DNA of 64,000 bases, taken from assembly GCA_030645815.1 (NCBI GenBank), contig JAUSMW010000149.1, positions 22,510 to 86,509 on the forward strand. Direction: 5' to 3'. The notes beneath the pieces were generated by a model. That model was given only the letters and a program-made list of their open reading frames with translations, did no database searches and was not told the origin of the DNA. Positions 37,015 to 46,784 of the stretch are shown piece after piece. Origin of the DNA: Candidatus Saccharimonadota bacterium (GTDB lineage: Bacteria > Patescibacteriota > Saccharimonadia > Saccharimonadales > Saccharimonadaceae). The translations under genes and the position numbers were made by a program. Position 1 is the first letter of the stretch, and each line of letters opens with the position of its first letter.

Positions 37015-37296
37015 ATGTCTAAAAACGTGCTACAAGATACAAAAGACAATGTGAAAAGAGACCAGGTTATCGGTGCTCATCGTGAATTATTAGAACAACT
37101 TTTTGATGATCACTACAAGTACAGGTGGCGCGTGTACAAGATGAACTTTGTACGTGGTATATTTTTTGGACTCGGCTCGGTCATAGGCGCGACCATTATT
37201 GTGTCTTTTGTGATATGGATACTCACATTATTAAATGTACCGGATAATTTGATTGAATCTATAGAAACAAAACAAAGCCAGACAGTACAGCAATAA
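37015..37296 (+). CDS. DUF5665-like small membrane protein
   Basis: ...YRWRVYKMNFVRGIFFGLGSVIGATIIVSFVIWIL... The family assignment is from memory of the motif. Confidence 0.5.
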   Translation: MSKNVLQDTKDNVKRDQVIGAHRELLEQLFDDHYKYRWRVYKMNFVRGIFFGLGSVIGATIIVSFVIWILTLLNVPDNLIESIETKQSQTVQQ

Positions 37297-37319
37297 AGGG
37301 TGTGAGAAGGGCAAGGTGA

Positions 37320-40300
37320 GTGAGTAAGCAAACAGTTTCGTTACAGCCGTCTGATTATGTGCACCTACATAACCACACGCACCACAGCTTGCTCGATGGC
37401 ATGACTAAAATTGACGCCCTGGTAGAGCGTGTCAAAATGATGGGTATGGAAGCGGTGGCTATGACTGACCACGGAACGCTCTCTGGAACAATTGATTTTT
37501 ATAAGGCCTGTAAGGGTGAGGGCATCAAACCAATCATCGGCATGGAAGCCTATGTTGCCGCCCGAAAACATACTGACAAAGAAGCTCAACATGATAAAGC
37601 TCGCTATCACCTCATCATTTTAGCGATGAATAACAAGGGTTACGAAAACTTGATGCGGCTTTCTACCATAGCTAACCTAGATGGCTTGTACTATAAACCC
37701 CGCATAGACCATGACCTGCTAGAAAAGTATAACGAGGGACTCATTATCCTCAGCGGCTGTGCCAGTGGCGAAGTAGGCGAATCACTCAAAAACGGCAACT
37801 ACGAACCTGCTAAAAAAATCGCTAGTTGGTATAAAAAAATATTTGGTGACCGATATTACCTAGAAATCCAAGACCATGGTGACTGGGAAGACCAGTTAAA
37901 AATTAACGAAGGTGTCGAGAGGTTATCTAAAGAGCTAGACATCCCTCGCGTATTAACCGGTGACGCCCATTATCTCAACAAGGATGATGCACCAGCTCAC
38001 GAAATATTACTATGCGTTGGTACAAACGCCTATTTGTCTGACAAAAACCGCATGAGCCTGGATGGTTTTCATCTGCATGTTCGTGACCCGAACGAAATTA
38101 TAGAAAAGTGGGGCGACCAGCCAGAGCTCATCACAACTAGCAAAGCCATCGCTGATCGCTGTGATGTTGAAATTGAACTAGGTAGTATATTGATTCCTAC
38201 CTTTCCTACACCACCAAAAGAAACCGAAAAAAGCTATCTGCAAAAACTCGTCTATCAAGGCTTGGCATGGCGTTATGGCAACACCGAGCGTAAAAAAGCC
38301 TTACAGTTGACTATTGCAGAGGCAAAAAAGAATTTGCCAGAAGACGTGCTAGAACGAGCAAAGTTTGAGCTCAGCGTTATTGATAATATGGGTTTTAACG
38401 GGTACTTTTTGATTGTCCAAGATTTTATCAACTGGGGCAAAGACCGTGGCATTATCTTTGGTCCAGGTCGTGGTAGTGCTGCTGGCTCTATCATCTCGTA
38501 CGCCCTCAATACCACCGACCTAGACCCTATTCATTATGATTTGCTGTTCGAGAGGTTTCTCAACCCTGACCGTATATCAATGCCTGATATTGATATCGAT
38601 ATCCAGGACACGCGTCGTGATGAAGTAATCCAATATTGTATCGACAAGTACGGTCATGACCGTGTCGCGAATATTGTTACTTTTGGTACCATGGCTGCTC
38701 GTGCGGCAGTTCGTGATGTAGCACGTGTACTAGAAGTGCCATATGCAGAGGCAGACCACTTGGCAAAGATGATCCCACCGCCAGTCCAGGGGCGGCATAT
38801 CCCACTAGCAAAAAGCATTCAGGATGATGCTGATTTAAAAAACGAATACGAAACTAACGAACGAGCTCATGAAGTCATTGATTTTGCATCCAGGTTGGAA
38901 GGGACTATTCGCTCGCACGGTGTGCATGCCGCCGGAGTCGTGATTGCACCTGATGATTTGGTAAAATTCGCACCACTGGAAATGGCACAAAAAGGAGTCA
39001 TATCGACGCAGTATCCAATGTTTCCGATTGAAGATTTAGGCCTACTAAAGATGGATTTTTTGGGGTTATCTAACTTGACCACAATCAACAACGCAATGCG
39101 AATCATCAAAAAGGTCTACAAAGTCGACATTGATTTAAACACACTGAAACTAGATGACAAAAAAACATACGAGTTATTCCAACGCGGGGACACAACGGGG
39201 GTATTTCAGCTAGAATCGGCCGGTATGAAACGCTATCTCAAACAATTAAAACCAAGTGTTTTTGATGACATCATTGCTATGGTGGCATTGTACCGACCAG
39301 GCCCGATGCAGTTTATCGACAGCTTTATCAAGCGAAAACATGGTAAAGAAAAGATTAGCTATCTGCACCCGAAAATGGAAAATGCACTATCAAACACGTA
39401 TGGGATTTTAGTATATCAAGAGCAGTTTATGCAGATATCTAAAGACCTCGCCGGTTTTACTGGTGGTCAGGCTGATACCCTACGTAAAGCAGTCGGTAAA
39501 AAGATTATGACAATGATGAAAAAAATCAAACCAGAGTTCGTCGAAGGTGCAATCAAACACAGCGGTGCAGATCGTAAAACTATGGAGTTATTTTGGGACC
39601 AGCTAGAAGAGTTCGCCAACTATTGTTTCAACAAATCTCACGCCGCGTGTTACGCATTGATTTCATACTGGACAGCATACCTAAAGGCTCACTTTCCAGA
39701 CGCGTTTATGGCGGCGCTTATGACTAGTGATCAGGGGGATATTGACCGTCTAGCAATTGAAATCGCCGAGGCGCAACATATGGGTCTAAAAGTCCTTTCA
39801 CCAGATATCAATCTCAGTTTCGTCGAGTTTTCTGTAGTGCCAGGTGAAAATGAAATCCGCTTTGGTCTCGCCGCTGTCAAAGGTGTTGGTGTAGGTGCAG
39901 TTGAGGCAATATTGTTAGCACGAGAAGACGGACCATTCACTTCACCAGAAGATTTCGCAAAACGCGTGCCATCTAACAAGGTCAACCGTCGAGTTTGGGA
40001 ATCATTAGTAAAATCAGGTGCTTTCGATTCCATGGGTGATCGTTCCGACCTGTTGTTTAATATGGACCTTATCTTGGCGTTTGCTTCAAAGCTGCAAAAA
40101 GACGCTCTGTCTGGCCAAACTGATTTGTTTGCTGGACTAGGCGAAGCTGCTGCTGATATTGCGCCTAGTTTGGACCTAAAGCCTGCTCCAACCAAACACA
40201 CCGAAAAAGAACGCCTGACATGGGAGCGTGAACTCCTCGGCCTATACCTCAGCTCGCATCCACTTGACCCGTATTCTGTCTATCTAAATGAGCAGACCGT

Positions 40301-40937
40301 TCCACTGGACCAAGTAACCATTGAGGCAGACGGCAAGTCATTAACAGTTGGCGGTATCATCAGTACAGTCAGGGCTATAACAACCAAAAATGGCAGCAAA
40401 ATGGCATTTCTCAAACTAGAAGATAAATTTGGTGAAACTGAAATTATTATTTTTCCAAAGTTATACCAAGAAATTGGTGAACAGTTATTGCAAGACACAG
40501 TTATCAGGGTCAACGGCCGCGTTAATGCACGAAACCAAGCTGGCAACATACAAGATGAAGCCAAAGTTGTCGTCGATAAAATTATCATTGTCTCTCAACA
40601 AGAGCTCGACAACTACAAACCGACGGGTGAGCAACAAAAAGTCCCCGAAGGTAAAAAATCGCCTAAAGGTGTCAAGAAATCAGCAGCTGTCGCAGAAATC
40701 CCAGAGGAAAGCAAAGTTAAAACCATATACATTCATGTCAAAGACACAAACGATCATGAGAGTTTACGTGAAATGAAAAAAGAACTCAGCAGCACTCCTG
40801 GTGAAAATCACGTTATATTAGTTCTAGGTGAAGACAAATCCAACGCAATTAGGTTGCCATTTACCACACAAATATCCGACAGGCTCATTGCAAGCATACA
40901 AAGTTTGTACGGTCCTGACCAAGTGGTTGTTAAATAG
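37320..40937 (+). CDS. dnaE: DNA polymerase III alpha subunit
   Basis: 1205 aa. PHP domain (HLHNHTHHSLLDG), polymerase core (...PDIDIDI...GVHAAGVVI...), HhH and OB domains. GTG start. Confidence 0.95.
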   Translation: MSKQTVSLQPSDYVHLHNHTHHSLLDGMTKIDALVERVKMMGMEAVAMTDHGTLSGTIDFYKACKGEGIKPIIGMEAYVAARKHTDKEAQHDKARYHLIILAMNNKGYENLMRLSTIANLDGLYYKPRIDHDLLEKYNEGLIILSGCASGEVGESLKNGNYEPAKKIASWYKKIFGDRYYLEIQDHGDWEDQLKINEGVERLSKELDIPRVLTGDAHYLNKDDAPAHEILLCVGTNAYLSDKNRMSLDGFHLHVRDPNEIIEKWGDQPELITTSKAIADRCDVEIELGSILIPTFPTPPKETEKSYLQKLVYQGLAWRYGNTERKKALQLTIAEAKKNLPEDVLERAKFELSVIDNMGFNGYFLIVQDFINWGKDRGIIFGPGRGSAAGSIISYALNTTDLDPIHYDLLFERFLNPDRISMPDIDIDIQDTRRDEVIQYCIDKYGHDRVANIVTFGTMAARAAVRDVARVLEVPYAEADHLAKMIPPPVQGRHIPLAKSIQDDADLKNEYETNERAHEVIDFASRLEGTIRSHGVHAAGVVIAPDDLVKFAPLEMAQKGVISTQYPMFPIEDLGLLKMDFLGLSNLTTINNAMRIIKKVYKVDIDLNTLKLDDKKTYELFQRGDTTGVFQLESAGMKRYLKQLKPSVFDDIIAMVALYRPGPMQFIDSFIKRKHGKEKISYLHPKMENALSNTYGILVYQEQFMQISKDLAGFTGGQADTLRKAVGKKIMTMMKKIKPEFVEGAIKHSGADRKTMELFWDQLEEFANYCFNKSHAACYALISYWTAYLKAHFPDAFMAALMTSDQGDIDRLAIEIAEAQHMGLKVLSPDINLSFVEFSVVPGENEIRFGLAAVKGVGVGAVEAILLAREDGPFTSPEDFAKRVPSNKVNRRVWESLVKSGAFDSMGDRSDLLFNMDLILAFASKLQKDALSGQTDLFAGLGEAAADIAPSLDLKPAPTKHTEKERLTWERELLGLYLSSHPLDPYSVYLNEQTVPLDQVTIEADGKSLTVGGIISTVRAITTKNGSKMAFLKLEDKFGETEIIIFPKLYQEIGEQLLQDTVIRVNGRVNARNQAGNIQDEAKVVVDKIIIVSQQELDNYKPTGEQQKVPEGKKSPKGVKKSAAVAEIPEESKVKTIYIHVKDTNDHESLREMKKELSSTPGENHVILVLGEDKSNAIRLPFTTQISDRLIASIQSLYGPDQVVVK

Positions 40938-40965
40938 TTAACGCTAATGGTAAAATTATAGGCAT

Positions 40966-42411
40966 ATGGCACATATAGCTAGCCTGATGAGGGATAGGAT
41001 TTTTGGTAGATGGTCACAGGCCGTCCTAATAGCCTTGATTTTATTGGGCGTGGTCACGGTTAGTTTATACACAAATAATTTATCTTCGTTACACAAATCA
41101 GGTAGCGAGACATACAGCTCCGTAAAATCTTTTGGGGCAGCGTTTACTGTAAACCGTACATACACGTCTAAAAATAATGTCATAGTTAACAACCTATGGC
41201 GCCCATCTGTACAACTATCGGGCGGAGGCTCTCATAACTGTGCGCTATCAAATGGCAATATATATTGCTGGGGAAGAGGAGGTGATGGACAACTTGGCAA
41301 TAATGGTACTGCTGACAGCATTACGCCAATCCCAGTAGTAAAGGGTACGTCAGATATATTTAATGGTCAACGGATGACTCAGATATCAGGTGGTCAGAGT
41401 CATATGTGCGCGGTTAACAGTGGTCTAGTTGCTTGTTGGGGTAAAAATACTAATGGCCAATTGGGTCGTGCCTCTGGTAATACAACTAGTTCTTCTGTTC
41501 CTGTTCAGGTAGCAACTCTTGGTCCCACCCTGATAACCAATCAGATATCTGCTGGTGGACAAAGTACATGTGCTGTTGTAGCTAATAATGCACTCTGTTG
41601 GGGGGATAACTCCAAAGGTCAGCTTGGTGACGGTACCACTACTATGCGCACCATACCTCCGCCACCAACTGGTACACCTCAGCGTTCCGTAGCACCTAAA
41701 GCTACAGCTTCTGGGGATGCGCTATACGACAAGTATATTTCCCAGGTTCAAGTGGGGGGCTTGTTTGCCTGTGCAATCGCTAATGGAGAAGTATATTGTT
41801 GGGGTGACAATACCTATGGTCAGCTAGGTAATAGTGCGGGTGGTGCTGGTGTTACCAGTACGGTTCCTGTACCAGTAACCAAAGCATCAGGTGTATTGCT
41901 AGGTAAAACCGTGACACAAATAGCTACAGGCTACGACTACGCTTGTGCGATTGCGGACGGACAAGCTTATTGCTGGGGACGTAATACCTATGGTCAGTTA
42001 GGCCGTGCAGCTGGCAACACTACAGATAGTAATGTACCTATAGCGGTAAAAGCAGATACAGGTACGGATGCGCTCAACGGCAAGACGGTTACCAATATAT
42101 CTAGTGGTGGTTCTGGCCATACCTGCGCCATAGCGGACAGTAAAGCTTATTGCTGGGGTCGTAACGACTACGGACAGCTTGGGAATGGCAACAGCCCTAC
42201 AAACTCAGGTGTGCCAGTTGACGTTAGCCTAGCTGGAGTACTAAGTGGTAAAACTGCGACGCAGCTAGTAGGTGGCGAATTGTATACGTGTGCGATAGCA
42301 AATGGTCGTGCTTATTGCTGGGGTCGTAACGACTACGGACAGCTAGGCACCAACAATTCTGCGCAAACTAGCGTAAATGTACCGTATAGGGTGAACGATT
42401 CATATTATTAA
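40966..42411 (+). CDS. RCC1-repeat (seven-bladed beta-propeller) protein with an N-terminal signal anchor
   Basis: Seven repeats of CA[LIV]x3-5[YAL]CWGxNxxGQLG, for example CALSNGNIYCWGRGGDGQLG ... CAIANGRAYCWGRNDYGQLG. N-terminal TM AVLIALILLGVVTVSLY. Confidence 0.8.
   Translation: MAHIASLMRDRIFGRWSQAVLIALILLGVVTVSLYTNNLSSLHKSGSETYSSVKSFGAAFTVNRTYTSKNNVIVNNLWRPSVQLSGGGSHNCALSNGNIYCWGRGGDGQLGNNGTADSITPIPVVKGTSDIFNGQRMTQISGGQSHMCAVNSGLVACWGKNTNGQLGRASGNTTSSSVPVQVATLGPTLITNQISAGGQSTCAVVANNALCWGDNSKGQLGDGTTTMRTIPPPPTGTPQRSVAPKATASGDALYDKYISQVQVGGLFACAIANGEVYCWGDNTYGQLGNSAGGAGVTSTVPVPVTKASGVLLGKTVTQIATGYDYACAIADGQAYCWGRNTYGQLGRAAGNTTDSNVPIAVKADTGTDALNGKTVTNISSGGSGHTCAIADSKAYCWGRNDYGQLGNGNSPTNSGVPVDVSLAGVLSGKTATQLVGGELYTCAIANGRAYCWGRNDYGQLGTNNSAQTSVNVPYRVNDSYY
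42145..42179 (+). repeat. 35-nt perfect direct repeat, copy 1 (inside an RCC1 gene)
   Basis: GCTTATTGCTGGGGTCGTAACGACTACGGACAGCT is identical to 42310-42344. Confidence 0.9.
42310..42344 (+). repeat. 35-nt perfect direct repeat, copy 2
   Basis: Identical to 42145-42179. It encodes AYCWGRNDYGQL in adjacent blades. Confidence 0.9.
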
Positions 42412-42413
42412 GG

Positions 42414-44261
42414 ATGTATGAGATGAAAATATTTTATAACAAAAAAACAGACAGCAACGGATTCGTTCTACCAACAGTCCTTGTGCTGTCAGTTGTGTTA
42501 CTGACACTTGGACTCTCTGTATTTCAATTGACGTCTAGCATCGCTAGGTCATTAACTGACCAATATTGGCAACGTCTGGCTAAACAAACCTCGCAGGCGG
42601 GCGTGTCGTATGTGTCTGCCTGTGTTGATCAGGGTCTTAGCCCTAGTACTTGGCCAACGCTCATAACCCAAGACACGACATGCCTCGGAGGCTCGCTCTC
42701 TACCTCGGTGCCGACTGTTCATTCTAACTATACAGACAAAAACCCAGGTACTGGAACCTTATGTACTCCAAACCCTACCACTTGTAGCCCAGACACTACG
42801 CCATCTCCATACAAGACTACCTTTACCGTAAAACGGCCAGAAATTGGCGCAGATAGTATTGCCAAGGCTCGCATAGTTGGCAAGGTAGAGTTTCAAAGCT
42901 CTGCTCAAAAGGACATTACTGGTAAATATATTGTGTCAAACGGTATATTACTGAGAAATACAGTACGAACATACACATACGAAACAGTGATTATCGTTAA
43001 CGGTCCTACACAGGCATTCACGCAGATTAGTGCTGGTAAAAAGCACGTCTGTGCGCTGACTGATGGTCGTGTATATTGCTGGGGCTCAAATGCTGCTAAT
43101 CCATTTGCTATTAGCCCTGATACTACTGACAATACCATCACAGGCCAACTAGGTATTGGTTCATCTGCCATTAATGTCAACAAGCCAAGTCTTGTCGGGG
43201 GTTTACTGGCTAGCAAGTTCGTAACTTCTATCTCTAGCGGGTCTAACTTTACATGTGCTATAGCCAACGGAGCAGTTTACTGCTGGGGTGCAAACAATAT
43301 GGGCCAATTGGGAAATGGAAACAACACTACCAGCAACGTACCAGTAGCTGTTAAAGCAGATACAGGCACGCTAGCAGGTAAAAGGGTTACAGATATTTCG
43401 GCCGGTCAAGATTTTGCCTGTGCCCTATCAAACGGAGCAGTTTACTGCTGGGGTAATGGCGCAAGTGGTCAGCACGGTAACGGTACAAACAATACTACTA
43501 ATATTCCTGATGCAGCGGTATCGACTATCGGCAGAGTCAGTGCTATTTCAGCTGGAGCAAGTCATATCTGTGCAGTTGACGGAGGTGTGGCTGAAGCCGG
43601 CGCAGGCTATTGCTGGGGGAATGGCACTAATGGACAGCTAGGTGATGGTGCTACCAGTTCTCGAACAAGTCCTGTAAAAGTCTACAATACTGGAGTGCCT
43701 AGCGGAACGCCATCTGGTCGGTATGTTAAAAAAATATACGCAAACAAGAGCTATACTTGTGCATTAGCCTATGGAGCTGAACCATACTGCTGGGGTTACA
43801 ATAGTAATGGTCAGCTTGGTAATAACTCGACTACTCAGCAAACTATCACTTCACCTGTAACCACTAATATTGTTGTATCAACTCCCCCTCCTGTTACCAA
43901 TGTCGTAGGTTTAATGACAGACATGACATCTTCTTCTTCAGCCGAGTATCATACCTGCGCCCTTGCAAATGGTAATGCTTTTTGTTGGGGTAAAAATGAC
44001 AGGGGCCAGATTGGTAATAATTCTACTACTCAGGCACTTTACCCTAGAGCTGTGGATACATCGGGTCTATTGCCTACAGACAGGACTATCACCGCTATTA
44101 CCACGGGAGGTGATTTTACTTGCGCGTTGGCCGAAGGGCAGCCTTATTGTTGGGGAAGCGGGGTAGCCGGTCAGCTTGGTAATGGTGTTGACAACACTTC
44201 ATGCGGATGTACTAACTCTCAAAACCTTGTACCAAAGAAAACGATTAATACTTATCAGTAA
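42414..44261 (+). CDS. RCC1-repeat beta-propeller protein with a PilX/minor-pilin-like N-terminus
   Basis: N-terminus ...SNGFVLPTVLVLSVVLLTLGLSVFQL...AKQTSQAGVSYVSA resembles PilX_N. Seven CWG..GQLG blades follow a ~190-aa linker domain. The ATG at 42423 (AAGGA 9 nt upstream) is an alternative start. Confidence 0.78.
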   Translation: MYEMKIFYNKKTDSNGFVLPTVLVLSVVLLTLGLSVFQLTSSIARSLTDQYWQRLAKQTSQAGVSYVSACVDQGLSPSTWPTLITQDTTCLGGSLSTSVPTVHSNYTDKNPGTGTLCTPNPTTCSPDTTPSPYKTTFTVKRPEIGADSIAKARIVGKVEFQSSAQKDITGKYIVSNGILLRNTVRTYTYETVIIVNGPTQAFTQISAGKKHVCALTDGRVYCWGSNAANPFAISPDTTDNTITGQLGIGSSAINVNKPSLVGGLLASKFVTSISSGSNFTCAIANGAVYCWGANNMGQLGNGNNTTSNVPVAVKADTGTLAGKRVTDISAGQDFACALSNGAVYCWGNGASGQHGNGTNNTTNIPDAAVSTIGRVSAISAGASHICAVDGGVAEAGAGYCWGNGTNGQLGDGATSSRTSPVKVYNTGVPSGTPSGRYVKKIYANKSYTCALAYGAEPYCWGYNSNGQLGNNSTTQQTITSPVTTNIVVSTPPPVTNVVGLMTDMTSSSSAEYHTCALANGNAFCWGKNDRGQIGNNSTTQALYPRAVDTSGLLPTDRTITAITTGGDFTCALAEGQPYCWGSGVAGQLGNGVDNTSCGCTNSQNLVPKKTINTYQ

Positions 44262-44752
44262 TTTAACGCGTATAGGGCTATACCCGCTGCAACGCTGACG
44301 TTGAAAGATTCTTTTTGTCCGCGCATAGGTATTTCTATCAATGTGTCACAGTGTTTTTGTATCTCTGCGGGTATTCCCTGCACCTCTTCGCCTAGTATCA
44401 GCATAATTTTTGCGGGTGGTTGAAAATCGGGCAATTGAACTGCTGTTTCACCTTGTTCTAAACCAATGATGCTATAGCCATGGGCTTTGAACGCATCAAT
44501 TGTGCTGGTGATATTAGTAACGTGGGTAAAAGGTACCGTCTTTTCTGCACCTAGTGCGGTCTTTGAAATATCTGATGATACTCGTTCCGCAACGTGCGGC
44601 AACCGGGTGTCATCTGGTATTGCAGGATACGGCGAATACCCACTAATGTATAAATGCTCAACACCCAGACCGTCACAAGTACGAAAAATCGAGCCGATAT
44701 TGTGGCTAGAACGAATATTGTGTGCAACAACTGATATCTGAGGGCTTGTCAT
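44255..44752 (-). CDS. TrmH/SpoU-family RNA 2'-O-methyltransferase
   Basis: ...HNIRSSHNIGSIFRTCDGLGV...LILGEEVQGIP...IEIPMRGQKESFNVSVAAGIALY. There is a 7-nt convergent overlap with the RCC1 gene. Confidence 0.85.
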   Translation of the reverse strand: MTSPQISVVAHNIRSSHNIGSIFRTCDGLGVEHLYISGYSPYPAIPDDTRLPHVAERVSSDISKTALGAEKTVPFTHVTNITSTIDAFKAHGYSIIGLEQGETAVQLPDFQPPAKIMLILGEEVQGIPAEIQKHCDTLIEIPMRGQKESFNVSVAAGIALYALNY

Positions 44753-44799
44753 AGTGCCAATATAACACAGAACGTTGGTGTATAATAAACGCTAGCAGT

Positions 44800-46431
44800 A
44801 TGGATACAAATGACAAACAAGCTATTCGCTTTCGCGAGACGGATGAAAGTGCTACCCAGAAACGGGCAGCACTGATTGGCTTGGATTATCTAGACACTCG
44901 CGGTATATCTGACGCGGGACCGTTACTAGATGGCGTGCTCACGATAGAGCAAATGTATCAGGGCAAGCTAATACCTCTAAAAAAAGGTAGTGACCGCGAA
45001 CCATATATGTATGGTGTGACTAGCGATACACCGCAATCTCTGACCCAAAAATTACATGCAGACTGGGCCGAAAAAGGCATTAATACAAAATTCTTGTTGA
45101 TTAGCAAAGCCGGGTACCGCGAGTTTATGCAACGATACGACCCACCAAAAGAGGTGGTGTACGATGATGTCGAAATAGCCAAAGAAGGTGATAGTGACAC
45201 AATCGATGCGGTATCAAAAACATTAGACACAGTACGAACTGATGACATTTTAGATTATTTGATTGACCAGGCAGATAACCTGGGTGCCAGTGATATTCAT
45301 ATCGAAAACCAGCGCGAGAACGTTCGTATCCGTTTTCGTGTTGACGGTGCATTGCACTCGGTTGCAAACCTAACCCACGAAAAATACCGAATACTCAAGG
45401 CATCACTAGCTACCAAAGCTAACATTTCAACAGCCAGCAATGACGCACAGAGTGGTAGCATGCAAAAAGCAGTGCCAGCGCGTGGTGATATTGCAGAGCA
45501 CTTTCTAAATATGCGTATCGAGACAGTACCAACCGTCTATGGCCAAGATGTTGTGATTCGTTTGTTTAACTTTGACGAAACTTTACTAGACCTGGCAAAA
45601 ATTGGCGTAAATGAACGCGAATTGGCGCAAATAAATGAGATTGTGTCTCATCCGCGCGGTATGGTCCTGATGGTTGGTCCAACAGGTTCTGGTAAATCGA
45701 CAACCTTGTACAGTATGATAAATGCCCTAAATACACCAGACCGCAAGATATTGACGCTAGAAGACCCAGTCGAGTTTCGTATACCAGGTGTCAGTCAAAT
45801 TCCTGTTAACACTGGCGGCGGACAAACCTTCGCTGAAAAGCTACGCGCGGTGCTTCGTCTAGACCCAGATATTGTGATGGTAGGTGAAATTCGTGACAAT
45901 GACACCGCTCGTACAACTATACAGGCAGCTATCACGGGCCACTTGGTACTTTCAACTTTTCATGCCGAGACCGCCAGTGCGGCATTCTCGCGCATGATTG
46001 ATATGATTGGTATAAATCCAATCTTTTCGACAGCTATTCGTTTGGTTATTGGGCAACGGTTGGTCCGAAAGCTAGATGATAACAAAGAATCTTATACTGC
46101 GGACGAAGCTACTAGCAAATGGATACGTGAAGTTTTGAGTGATTTGCCAGCGAACATAGAAAAGCCAAATGTCGATGGTGACATAACATTATATAAACCA
46201 GTCGTCAGCCAGGAAAATCCTTTTGGTTACAAAGGTCGTGTTGTATTGATGGAACAGTTGGTTGTTGATGAGGAAATCCAAAAATTCCTACGTGGCGAAT
46301 TGGCTGATGCTCACGCAGAGACCATAGAAAAAGTCGCTAAACAACAAGGAATGGTGACAATGATTCAGTCTGGAATATTGCGCGCACTTGCGGGCGAGAC
46401 TACGCTAGAGGAAATCCACAGAGTACTATAG
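44800..46431 (+). CDS. pilB: Type IV pilus / type II secretion assembly ATPase (PilB/GspE family)
   Basis: N-terminal T2SSE_N-like domain. ...ASDIHIE...RFRVDG..., Walker A GPTGSGKST, and Asp/His boxes (...VGEIRD...GHLVLSTFH). Confidence 0.9.
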   Translation: MDTNDKQAIRFRETDESATQKRAALIGLDYLDTRGISDAGPLLDGVLTIEQMYQGKLIPLKKGSDREPYMYGVTSDTPQSLTQKLHADWAEKGINTKFLLISKAGYREFMQRYDPPKEVVYDDVEIAKEGDSDTIDAVSKTLDTVRTDDILDYLIDQADNLGASDIHIENQRENVRIRFRVDGALHSVANLTHEKYRILKASLATKANISTASNDAQSGSMQKAVPARGDIAEHFLNMRIETVPTVYGQDVVIRLFNFDETLLDLAKIGVNERELAQINEIVSHPRGMVLMVGPTGSGKSTTLYSMINALNTPDRKILTLEDPVEFRIPGVSQIPVNTGGGQTFAEKLRAVLRLDPDIVMVGEIRDNDTARTTIQAAITGHLVLSTFHAETASAAFSRMIDMIGINPIFSTAIRLVIGQRLVRKLDDNKESYTADEATSKWIREVLSDLPANIEKPNVDGDITLYKPVVSQENPFGYKGRVVLMEQLVVDEEIQKFLRGELADAHAETIEKVAKQQGMVTMIQSGILRALAGETTLEEIHRVL

Positions 46432-46764
46432 CTATCTTTTGCCGACTAATGTAGGAGTTTGTTGCAATAAAGCGCTTCTAGCAACCGCAATCAACTGTTC
46501 ATCGCTATACAATGAACGATTCGATTCAAAATCTACAGGCTGATTTAGGCCATTTAAAGGATAGACACAAAATCCGTCTGGGATATTGCTCAGAAACATT
46601 GTTGAAAAAATTTCTGTATCGATGACCTTGCCACTTGCAAGCGTTACACGAACACCATAATTTGCTTCACTATTATCCAAGACAGCATCATCGGTTGCTT
46701 CAAATACGGCGTCCTCGAGCAATGATTCATTTACTCTTCGTCTCTCTCTGTCCATGCGTCTCAT
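46432..46764 (-). CDS. Hypothetical protein downstream of malic enzyme
   Basis: 110 aa with no motif recognised. Its stop abuts the convergent pilB stop. Confidence 0.45.
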   Translation of the reverse strand: MRRMDRERRRVNESLLEDAVFEATDDAVLDNSEANYGVRVTLASGKVIDTEIFSTMFLSNIPDGFCVYPLNGLNQPVDFESNRSLYSDEQLIAVARSALLQQTPTLVGKR

Positions 46765-46784
46765 ATCTAAAACTTACTATAATC

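Noticed and set aside
41200-44200. Highly periodic nucleotide repeats (TGCTGGGG...GGNCAGCTNGG); checked as a possible CRISPR or tandem-repeat array.
   Set aside because: The period is about 150-170 nt and in frame. These are the RCC1 blades of two long ORFs. There are no short spacer/repeat alternations.
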